Origin: Malacoraja senta
Lineage: Eukaryota
Reading direction: 5' to 3'
DNA: 64,000 bases
Assembly (NCBI GenBank): GCA_038087875.1
Contig: CM075993.1
Location: forward strand, 7,876,001 to 7,940,000
Positions 38,670 to 48,770 of the stretch are shown in pieces; position 1 is the stretch's first letter, and every line of letters starts with the position of its first letter. The position numbers and the translations under genes are program-made. Below the pieces are notes generated by a model. It ran no database searches, was not told where the DNA came from, and saw only the letters and a program-made list of their open reading frames with translations.

Positions 38670-38988
38670 AAGCCCTGTCCCACGGTACGAGTTCATTCCA
38701 AGAGCTCTCCCGAGTTTGCCCTGATTCGAACTCGGAGATTTACGGTAATGGCCACTCGTCGGTACTCGGGGCTCTCGTGGACATTTTTCAACATGTTGAA
38801 ATATCTTCACGAGTCTTCCCGAGCTTACCTGCCGTTAGCGAGTCTTCCTGAGTACCTGCCGTTAGCGTTACGAGCCGCTAGGAGACGACCCCGAGCTCCA
38901 ACGTACCCGCTACGTTCATTCTCCGTGCTTGATTTTTTTTAAACTCGGGAGAGCTCTTGGAATGAACTCGTACCGTGGGGCAGGGCTT
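38670..38988. mobile_element. PIF/Harbinger-type MITE
   Basis: TIR aagccctgtcccacggtacgagttcattccaagagc; TTA TSD at 38667-38669 and 38989-38991. Confidence 0.88.
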
Positions 38989-40552
38989 TTACTGCATTAC
39001 TACTGCGACCCTGCACAGTTATCAAAGCCCCATGGCCAGGATGTAGAGTGTAAAATCCCACCCATCTCACTCGTTCAGGATGAGCCCACAGACCTAATTA
39101 CACATCCATGATGCACATCCCGGTTAATGGGATGAGCTGTGAGGATTAGCTCCTCTGCTCTGCCTTCGCTTCCAGTCACATCCACTGTTCTATCACTTTG
39201 TTTTTTAAAAAGCCAAACAGTGGGAAAGTATTCTGGAGAGATTCGCATCTCACATTCACAGAAGCAGGTCTATCAAGCTGCACGGCAACACCTTCAGAAG
39301 ATGTTCTGGAATTTTTTAATGTTTCAATTGAGCATCAGGTTTCAACAGATGTAGAAACAAGGAACTGCAGATGCTGGTTTACACAAAAGGACCAAAAATG
39401 CTAGAGTTACTCAGCGGGTCAGGCAGCATCTTTTGAGAACATGGTTAGGTGATGTTTCGGGTTGGGACACTCCTTCTTCACTCCGCAATAGAGAGCAGAG
39501 GAGGCCAAGTCATTTATAAAGCAGAGATGAATAGGTTCTTGGTTAGTTTGGGTGTGAAAGGTTACGGGGAAAAAGGCAGGAGAATAGGGTTGAGAAGGAA
39601 AAATAGATCAGTTACGATTGAATAGGAGAGCAGACTCGATGGGCCAAATGGCCTAATTCTGCTCCTGTCAGAAGGGTCCCGACCTGAAACGTCACCTATC
39701 CATGATCTCCAGAGATGCTGCCTGACCCACTGAGTTATTCCAGCACTTTATGTCCTTTTAGCTTTAAGCAGATGCTTGCTTCCGACACTGAGTTGATCAG
39801 TCTGTCAATAGCATTACTGGTGGTGTGGGATCGTGCAGTTTGCAGGCTGACCCATTGTGGGAAATACAGAAGTCATTGAACAACCTGTATTGATGGGATG
39901 ATCTGTGCTGACAGCAGGAGCAGGGCCAACCCATTCAGTAAGGCTGCAGCCTATGTACTAAACCTCACTCCCCACCAACCTACTTCCCTTTGTTCATCAA
40001 GAACCTCCATCTACCTCTGCCTTAAGAAAGTTCAAAGATTCTTCTCCCACTGACAACGCTCTGAAAATTATTTGACTGTTTCAATGGGCAACCAATTATT
40101 TCTCATTAAAGAGTGATCTCTGGTTTTTATTTCCGCCACAAGGAGAAATACTCTCCTCCATCCATCTCTCTCCCCATCTCATGCACACACTCTCCACATC
40201 CATCCAAATGCAACATACTCACCATTTACAAATCATGCTTTACAACACCTAGGCCTACCTCCTGTCAGGCATAACATACAAAATCTGGACCTCATCAGAT
40301 TCAGGAAGAGTTTCCTCCCTACTGTTATCAGACTACTGCACAGTCCCCTCACAAACTAGAGCCCTATTCTAGATCTTCCAATCTACTTTGTTGCTGCTGC
40401 TTGCACTTTTTTAAATCTGGACTTTGTCTGCAGTTGTAACACTATATTCTGCACTCATGTCCTATCCTGGTTTTGATTTGGTGTGATTCACGTGGGTTAC
40501 AAAGTTTCCGCTGCATCTCGCTACACACGACTATAATAAACTCTTTGCAATA

Positions 40553-40854
40553 CAGGTACATCGCCGATTTGCCAGCAACTGATGGACCGCTAAGCCAGAC
40601 AAAATGGCAAGAGGTTTAAGTGTGCCGGATGGTCTTTCAGGACACGTGTCTCCATCCTGAGTGAGTTCATTGTTACTTCTTTGTTAATTATTAATTATAT
40701 ATTTAAGTTTCTAGCCCTCCATCGCGCTTCAGAGTTAAGGGAGGGGTAGAACTAGTGGGCCAGAGGTGTATGGTTGAATTTTTATTACCTGACCTCTGTT
40801 GGTCCGGCAACATGGATCAGCTGGCAGGGCTCTGGCAAATCGATGGTGTACCTG
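40553..40854. mobile_element. Tc1/mariner-pogo-type MITE related to 47427-47771
   Basis: ta|caggtacatcgccgatttgccag ... ctggcaaatcgatggtgtacctg; shares subterminal blocks ccagacaaaat and ggtccggcaa with the other copy. Confidence 0.58.
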
Positions 40855-40886
40855 GTATTGTTTCTTTCATTGGACAATAATACTCT

Positions 40887-41859
40887 AATACGAGGAGGAG
40901 CCGCCATCTTGGAGGAACGGCTGCTAAACAGCAGCCGTCCGTCAAATTCACTCTTTCTTTAGTTTTAGTGTTTTATATTTCTTTGTTTGTTTGGGGGATT
41001 TTGACTTTTAATGTGGGGGGGTAAGGGGGAAACTATTTCTAGGTCCCTACCTAGTCGGTGAGGCAGCTTTTTCTCCGGGCTGCCCCGTCGACCCGTCTTC
41101 GTGGCCTACCAGCGGGCATGGAGCGCCGTTTCCTGACGGGGACCGCCCAGCACCTTCAGCTTCGGTGGCGGCACAGTGCTGGAGCGCTATCGGAGAGCGT
41201 AGCGGGCGATGCCTTGCCTGGGTCGCCGCGCTGGATCGACGCGCTGGAGCTCCGTTATGCGCCGACCGCCGAGATCAACACCTCCGGGCTGCGGGACTGC
41301 GGAGCGACCAGCCGCGGGCGGCGGCGCTGACTCCAACATCGGGAGCCTCGTGGCTCCAAATCGGCGCGGCCCTGTCGGCTTCAGGTGCCATCGACTCTGC
41401 TGGGAAACCGGCCGTTCCAGCCGCTGCGAGGACTCTCCCGACGGCCAGGAACATCGGGCCTCCGTAGAGGCAACTGTGGAGGCCTCATTGGGCCTGACTA
41501 TTTGGGAGAACTGGGTTGGGGACTGGACATTGTGCCTTCCCCCACAGTGGTGGTCATTGTGGGGGGGATGATTTTTGTGTGCTGTGCCTGTTAGTCCGTG
41601 TACAAGATGGCGGTCGGAGGGGAGAGTGGACGCTGGCGTGAATTGGTCGCCGCTGCTCTCTCCTCAAATTGTGTTTCTTATTTTCTTTTGGTGCTCTTGA
41701 AATTGAATTCTGTCCTTGATTTGTGTACTGTGGTGTTTTTATATTTAATTTATTCCGATTATGTGTTTTGTATTTTTTTTTTGTGATTCTATGCATTGTA
41801 AGGTGTCCTTGGGTTTTAGAAAGGCGCCAGTAAATAAAATGAATTATTATTATTATTAT
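40887..41859 (+). mobile_element. GC/CpG-rich non-autonomous retroelement with L2-type 3' end and (TTA)n tail
   Basis: 3' end tgtaaggtgtccttgggttttagaaaggcgcc...aataaa...(att)n; 6-bp TSD tactct at 40881-40886 and 41860-41865; no recognisable coding domain. Confidence 0.65.
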
Positions 41860-41921
41860 TACTCTCCTCAATTATTCAACCCATCCACCTCACTTTGGAG
41901 CTGCCTTGATCCTTTTCATGG

Positions 41922-42082
41922 GGAGACTAAATTGCTGGAGAAACTCAGCGGGTGCGGCAGCATCTATGGAGCGAAGGAAATAGGCAACGTTTCGGGCCGA
42001 AACCCAAGGGGCACCCGCTGAGTTTCTCCAGCAATTTTGTCTACCTTCGATTCTCCAGCATCTGCAGTTGCTTCTTGAACAT
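41922..42082. mobile_element. Young PLE fold-back (same subfamily at 42726-42970, 47784-48014, 48957-49142, 53582-54519)
   Basis: 16-bp TSD ttgatccttttcatgg at 41906-41921 and 42083-42098. Confidence 0.82.
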
Positions 42083-42274
42083 TTGATCCTTTTCATGGTT
42101 TACTTTCCCATCTTTATGTCACAAGCAAACTTATCAAACGTCCCTTCAAATATCTTCATCCAAATCATTCATATGCATTGTAAACTCTTGAGAGTTCAGC
42201 GTACAATCGCGGCAGCACAACTCGCTTGATATTTAGCCAAGCAGAGCAAGAACCGCGTGTCTCCACTGTCACAG

Positions 42275-43095
42275 TGATACAGTGTGGAAACAGGCTCATC
42301 AGCCGAACTTGCCCACACCAACCAACATGTCCCAGCTACAGTAGTCCCACTTGTCTGCGTTTGGCCTAATTAACCTGTCCTATCCATGTACCTGTCTAAA
42401 TGTTTCTTAAATGTTGTGATAGTGCTTCTCAACTACCTCCTCGGGTAACTCGTTCCATACACCCACCATCCATTGTGTAAAAAAGTTAGCACTTAGGTAC
42501 CTAATAAAAGTTTCCCCCTCATCTTAAACCTATGCCATTTGTTTCTCGATTCCCCTACTCTGGGCAAGAGACTCTGGGCATCTATCTACCTGATCTATTC
42601 CTCTCACAAATTTGTACACCTCTATAAGATCACCCCTCATTCTCAAGTGATCCAAGGAATACAGTCCTAGCTTGCCCAACCTCTCCCTATAGCTCAGCCC
42701 TTGAGTCCTGGCAACATCGTTGTAAGGTAGACAAAAGTGCTGGAGAAACTCAGCGGGTGCAGCAGCATCTATGGAGCGAAGGAAATAGGCAACGTTTTGG
42801 CCCGAAATCCTTCCGGGTTTCGTCCCGAAACGTTGCCTGTTTCCTTCAGGGTTTTCGGCCCGAAACGTTGCCTATTTCCTTCGCTCCATAGATGCTGCTG
42901 CACCCGCTGAGTTTCTCCAGCACTTTTGTCTACCTTCGATTTTCCAGCATCTGCAGTTCCTTCTTAAACATCTTTGTAAATCTTCTCTGTACCTTTTCCA
43001 GCTTGACAACATCCTTCCAATGACATGGTGCCCAATACTGAACGCAATACTCTAAACGTGGCCTCAGCAACGTCTTGCACAACTGCAACATGGAC
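42275..43095 (-). mobile_element. Older CR1 3' fragment split by a PLE fold-back insertion (42726-42970)
   Basis: CR1-like C-terminal sequence resumes after the insertion; imperfect TSD aacatc(g/t)ttgtaa. Confidence 0.75.
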
Positions 43096-43236
43096 CTCCT
43101 CCAGTGATCTCCGGTTGTTCCAGGGCAACTCCCTACCTACTCCATCATGAGCTTTCCTTACCCACGCGGCGTTTGACCCAAATACAACACAGAGATTGTT
43201 TGTAACGACGCCCTCCGCACACTGACAGCCACTCAC

Positions 43237-43340
43237 CAGATAGCTTGTTTGATGGGCAGCGACGTGTGCAGCCAGGTTTCCACCGTGCTGCCGTGCGACT
43301 CGTACAGACGGATGACAAGAGCCTTGTTCTTGTTCTCAGC
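43237..43340 (-). CDS. MAN2C1: MAN2C1 exon: [34 protein letters not shown](W)
   Basis: caacag| ... |gtgagt, 104 nt; RLYExHG motif. Confidence 0.94.
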
Positions 43341-43389
43341 CTGTTGGTGAGGAACATCGAGTATCAGTTCATGGTATTTGTCTTCCCTT

Positions 43390-43685
43390 CAGTTTAGTTT
43401 AGAGGTGCAGCGCAGAAACAGGCCCTTCGGCCCAACGAGTCTACGCCGACCGGCGATCCCCACACACTAACACTCTCCTACACACACACTAGGGACAATT
43501 TACATTCATACCCAGCCAATTAAGCTACAAACCTGTACGTCTCTGGAGTGTGGGGGGGAAACCGGCGAAAACCCACGCAGGTTACGGTGAGAACGTACAA
43601 ACTCTGTACAGGCAGCACCCGTAGTCAGGATGGAACCCGGGTCTCTGGCGCTGTGAGGCAGCAACTCTACCGCTGCGCCACCCAG
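43390..43685 (-). mobile_element. HE1-type V-SINE (further minus copies at about 43975-44285, 46195-46495, 51000-51257, 52970-53265, 61175-61443)
   Basis: Same head, V-domain and tail structure. Confidence 0.87.
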
Positions 43686-44747
43686 TGCAGTGAGGATTCA
43701 CCTCAGGACATCACACCCCCCCCTTTGCAAGGTGCCAAGTGCCCGTGAAATCTCACCAACAGGTCTTACAGCCACATGACATTTTATCGGAATTTATCTT
43801 GCACTAAACATCGTGCCCTTTATCCTGCATCTGTGTTTGATTGTAACCAAGTACAGTCTTTTCTTTGACTGGATAGCACACAACAAAAAGCCTTTCACTG
43901 TACCTCGGTACACTGAACAATAATAATCGAAACTAGGATATCTCACCCCGCCCTAAAGGGTTGTTTTTTTGTTGAGAGATACAGCATAGAAACAGGCCCT
44001 TCGTCCCAAGTCCGCACACACCAACAATCACCTGTATATTAGAAATATGTTATTCCATCCGACACACTAGGGACAATTTACACTAGAAGCCAAATAACAT
44101 ACAAACGTGTGGGTCTTTGTAGTGTGGGAGGAAACCGGAACACCCGGAGAAAACTCCGTACAGATTCAGTACAGGTAGCACATGTTGTCAGGATGGAACC
44201 TGGGTCTCTGGCGCTGTAAGGCAGCAACTCTACCGCTGCGGCCTAGGGGGCTGTAAGGCAGCAACTCTACCGCTGCGGCACCATGCCTCCCTAAATGGAT
44301 TTTTGTAACAGATTTGTTCAAGGTTTGGGCATTGCTGGCAAAGCTACACATACGGGTCCCAAGTTGTATTAGCCTGTATTAGCACTGAACTGCCAGGACA
44401 TTCAGATGGAACTATGCCCGGGCCTGTATTTAAATCAAATGTGGTCAGGCTCAGTAATGGCAACAGATATCGTTGGCTGAAGGAGATGAACAAACCTGCT
44501 GGGTGTTCACCACAATTGTGGTTTACTATCCTCCACAAGCTTTGTGTTCCACATCTAATTGGTTACTTCAATTTAAATTTCCTGGCACAATGCGATTAAA
44601 ACTCGTGCCTCCGGATATTAGTTTGTTAATGTAACCACAGCACTATCCAGCCCACACATTGGTTCCTGGCTGAAGCCATGTTGTCAATTACAGAGACATT
44701 CCTGCCCCAGTCTAACCCGTGGGTTTGACACATATGCCCCCTCCCCG

Positions 44748-45163
44748 ACTCATATTTCACTTGGGCAGCTTACAACCCAGCGGTATGATTGCTCTAACTT
44801 CAAGTAACCCGTGCATCCCCTCTCTCACCGCCCCCCCCCCCCCCCCCCAATTCGTTGAAATACCTTCAAAGCCATCTCGTTGAGTCTCATTGTAACTCAT
44901 TCTCACCCAGCCCACAGCTGACAATGGCCGGTTTCCTTCATCATCGTTACTTTTTTGCATATCTTTCAATCATTTGTTCTATTTCTCTCTATAATCACCG
45001 TCTATATCTCTCGTTTCCCTTTCCCCTGACTCTCAGTCTGAAGAAGGGTCTCGACCGGAAACGTCACCCATTCCTTTCCTCCAGAGATGCTGCCTGACCC
45101 GCAGAGTTGCTCCAGCTTTGTGTGTCTATCTTCGGTTTAAACCAGCATTTGCTGTTCCTTCCT
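44748..45163 (+). mobile_element. Penelope-like element 3' end (end of ORF, pLTR with hammerhead motif, tail)
   Basis: ctcatatttcacttgggcagcttacaacccagcggtatg = LIFHLGSLQPSGM; ctgaagaagggtctcgaccggaaacgtc at about 45038-45065. Confidence 0.78.
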
Positions 45164-45174
45164 GCGCTGCTCAC

Positions 45175-45326
45175 CTGTTTAATTGTCTCCAGTACCACGG
45201 CAGGAGACTGGATTGAAAAGGCACTCCAGGAGCTGGAAGTGCAGACGCCGGGGCCCGCGGGTACGATATGCAGCGGGTAGTTGATGTTGTAGGCAAACTG
45301 GATGACATTAGCCTCTTGCAGCGAGC
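45175..45326 (-). CDS. MAN2C1: MAN2C1 exon: [50 protein letters not shown]
   Basis: ccccgcag| ... |gtgagc, 152 nt. Confidence 0.94.
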
Positions 45327-45724
45327 CTGCGGGGGAAAGGAAAGGGCACAGGTGATGAGGGCAAGGAGGCAGCGAGAGACTGGTAGCACCAGACTACAAA
45401 CAACACACGGCTAATAGACCATCTGGTTAGCCGGGCAACTCTAGTTCACAACACTAACTAGGAGCACTGTAAGAGTGGCTTCGACAGGTTGGGAGAGTGG
45501 ACTAATAGGTGGCAGGTGGAATACAATGTAGCAAAGTACACACTGGTGCATTTTGGTAGTAGGAATAAAGGTGTAGACTAAGATAGGGCAAGATAGATCA
45601 GCCATTATTGAATGGCAGTGTAGACGTTGGGCCAAATGGCTTCATTCTGCTCCTCTGACTTATGGGTCCCGGCAGAGGCAGCTACACAGAAGCGCATGTT
45701 ACTCACTGGTGGGGACGTGTGTTA

Positions 45725-46043
45725 AGGCCCCGTCCCACTTTCCCGAGTTACTCACGAACTCTCCCGAGTTTTCCCCTTGTTTCGAACTCGGAGAATTACG
45801 GTAGTAGCCGTTCATTGGTTCTCGGGGCTATTTTTACCACTCGTGGACATATTTCAACATGTTGAAAAAACGTCCCGACTTACCTGATGCCCCGTGTTCC
45901 TACGGCTGGCATTACGAGACGCTACGAAACATCTACGGGCTCCTACGAGCTCGCTACCGACATTCCCCGTCATTCCCTGAGTTCGAATCAAGGGGAAAAC
46001 TCAGGAGAGTTCGCGAGTAACTCTGGAAAGTGGGACAGGGCCT
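45725..46043. mobile_element. PIF/Harbinger-type MITE
   Basis: TIR aggccc(c/t)gtcccactttcc.gagttactc; flanks tta/ttg. Confidence 0.83.
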
Positions 46044-47204
46044 TTGCGTTACCAAATGGAGAACTGTGAATTGTGTGTGAGCTGTTGTTGGACATGACCA
46101 CGTTCCCATGGTCACTGCACACGTTGGAGAGAAGGGCCTCTATTAGCCCAGTGAACACTAGGATTCACACACGGGCCAGGGATATGTGGTGTAGTTTAGT
46201 TTACAGATACAGCACGGAAACAGGCCCTTCAGCCCACTGAGTCTGTGCCAACCAGCGATCCCTGCACATTAACACTATCCTACACACACACACACGAGGG
46301 ACAATTTATAATGATATCAAGCCAATTAACCTACCAACCTGTACGCCTTTGAAGTGTGGGAGGAAACCGGAGATCCTGGAAAAAACCCACGCAGGTCACG
46401 GGGAGAACGTACATACTCCGTAAAGACAGCACCTGTAGTCAGCATCGAACCCGGGTCTCTGGTGCTGTGAGGCAGCAACTCTACCGATGTGCCACCTGCA
46501 AAAGTGTCTGGAAAACATCTGGCGATGGCTCAGACCTGTAGAGTTGCCACATGATGCCTTTCTGTCACCTCAGATGGGCAGGCAATGTGTGTGAGCGATG
46601 ACAGGCTTTAGCCAGAGCAGGACAGGACAGGACAGACGTGGAGACACGTGTAATGATCCACTGCGCCCTTTGATGGGGGCAGATGCTGCCCACATTGTTC
46701 ACGTTTACTCCCCACTGGTGGAATACAAGAAACCTCTGACGATTGAAACAGACCAGGGCGTCAAGCGATTCGTTAGTCATTCGGTTTCCCGCTAACGGCA
46801 CAAACCTACCTTGCCGTTCACACAATGTCTGCCACAGTCAGTGTCCCCTGATGTTCGGCTTCCTGCCCAGTCCCCCCTGACCAAGAACTGATCTGAAACC
46901 CCTCTGTGAACTGACTGCATTATTATATATCCTAAAGATGAACTAAATAATGTGCTGTGACGATTACACTCACTGCAGATGTGAGCAACTGGAATCTCAA
47001 GTAAAACACAAAGTGCTGGAGTCTGTCCCACCCAGTTACTCCAGCACTCTGTGGTTAAACTGTCACTGTGGTTATGTCATGGTCTGAAGCTGTGTTCGGG
47101 AGGCCCACACTAGGAAGCTCTCCTCTCACTCTGTGGGTCAGTGGGGTTGTACATGCCCTGTGGGAGTCTCTCAGTGAGGGCTGAGCTTGTAGCCAGCATG
47201 TTAC

Positions 47205-47284
47205 CTGTGTGGGGCATGATGGCGTACGTGAACTGATGCTGACCCATATCCGCCGTGGCATCCGGGGACTTTGGCGACCTCAGA
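47205..47284 (-). CDS. MAN2C1: MAN2C1 exon: [26 protein letters not shown](G)
   Basis: tttgcag| ... |gtaaca, 80 nt. Confidence 0.95.
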
Positions 47285-47426
47285 CTGCAAATAAACACAC
47301 CACCGTTACCATGGCTGTGAGATTCGAGCGAAGTCAGCTAACTCCTCCAGTCTGCCCAACACCTACTGGAGAAGCGGTGACTCTAGTAGTTTCATGCTAA
47401 CACATATACTGACACCATGTAAAATA

Positions 47427-47771
47427 CAGGCCCACTACTGATTTTTCGGCCCCGCTTTAATCCAGACAAAATTACAAGAGCGCACGAGAAATTCCCCCGA
47501 GAGTCCCCCCTAGATTGGGTGAGGCGGGCGATCTCAACCTCATCGGGACTTCCGCGCCAATCAACGGGTCCACTTTGCCCCCTGCAGCCGGGGCTCTGGA
47601 ACTCCAGCCGGGCCGGAACCGGCAGATCCGTTCCCGTAGCCGACTTCTGCAGCCATCTTTGTTTCTCGTCCCCCACCCCCCCCCAAGGCCGTGACCTCCG
47701 ATGGTCCGGCAAAATGGATAATCCAGGAAGGTTCTGGAACAAAGGGTGCTGGAAAATCGGTGGTGGACCTG
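47427..47771. mobile_element. Tc1/mariner-pogo-type MITE
   Basis: ta|caggcccactactgattttt ... aaaatcggtggtggacctg|ca: imperfect TIR starting CAG after TA. Confidence 0.62.
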
Positions 47772-48660
47772 CACTGATACCAACTGAAGAAGGGTTTCGG
47801 CCCGAAACGTTGCCTATTTCCTTCGCTCCATAGATGCTGCTGCACCCGCTGAGTTTCTCCAGCATTTTTGTGTACCTCCTGATACCAACTCCCTTGGTCT
47901 CGACCCAAAACGTCGCCTATTCCTTCGCTCCATAGATGCTGCCTCACCCGCTGAGTTTCTCCAGCTTTTTTGTCTACCTTCGATTTTTCCAGCATCTGCA
48001 GTTCTTTCTTAAACTAACATTGTATTGTTCTCTCATTAAAAATACAGACCTCAATGCTCACTGCACTGACCAGCTTCAAGTGTACGAAAATCAGGCGATC
48101 GTCAGAAAGCTGATACATTTCTAGCTGGCATTATTCAGATGTCAGCCCCAAATCCATGAATATTCCAAGCTCCATTATCTCCTCAATGCCGATAGGAAAG
48201 AAGCATATGGAACTCTCCCTCTCCCCCTGACTCTCAGTCTGAAGAAGGGTCTCCACCCGGAACGTCACCTAACGACTTTGAACAGGGCAGGAAGACGCCC
48301 TTCAGCCCACAATGCCAACCATGATAAACAATCTCTGCCTGCACATGATCCATATCCCTCCATTCCATATCCAAATGCCCTGATCACATCAGTGAAGGAT
48401 CCCAACTATAGACAGCTTTGCCCTTCCTAAATATGACCACACAGCAGCTTCATACTCTAAACAATGTCAGCCACTCCGACATTTCTGCCACAAGGGCTGA
48501 ATAAAGAATTACGTTTAGAGAGTCTTAAAACACAATCATCTTGCATTGTAGAAATATCTCAATCCATCCCACAATTTCACCGTAGGTAATGACTGGGACG
48601 GATGTATTTGTAGGTTGCGCTGTTCCCGTTGGGTTGAAGGTGGTGAATGTCGGTACTTAC

Positions 48661-48770
48661 AGGGAAAGGGTCATCACGTTGCGGTGCACGGAGTAGCCGT
48701 ACTTGCAGTCATTGAGCAGCGCTACTCCAAAGCCGTGCTCCGACAGGTCAGCCCACTTGTGCCCCCACAC
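48661..48770 (-). CDS. MAN2C1: MAN2C1 exon: [36 protein letters not shown](L)
   Basis: cgccag| ... |gtaagt, 110 nt; LLNDCKYG motif. Confidence 0.96.

Noticed and set aside
41058..41571. GC-rich overlapping ORFs as coding exons, or a CpG-island gene promoter
   Set aside because: No recognisable protein or splice logic; the region lies inside a TSD-bounded retro-insertion
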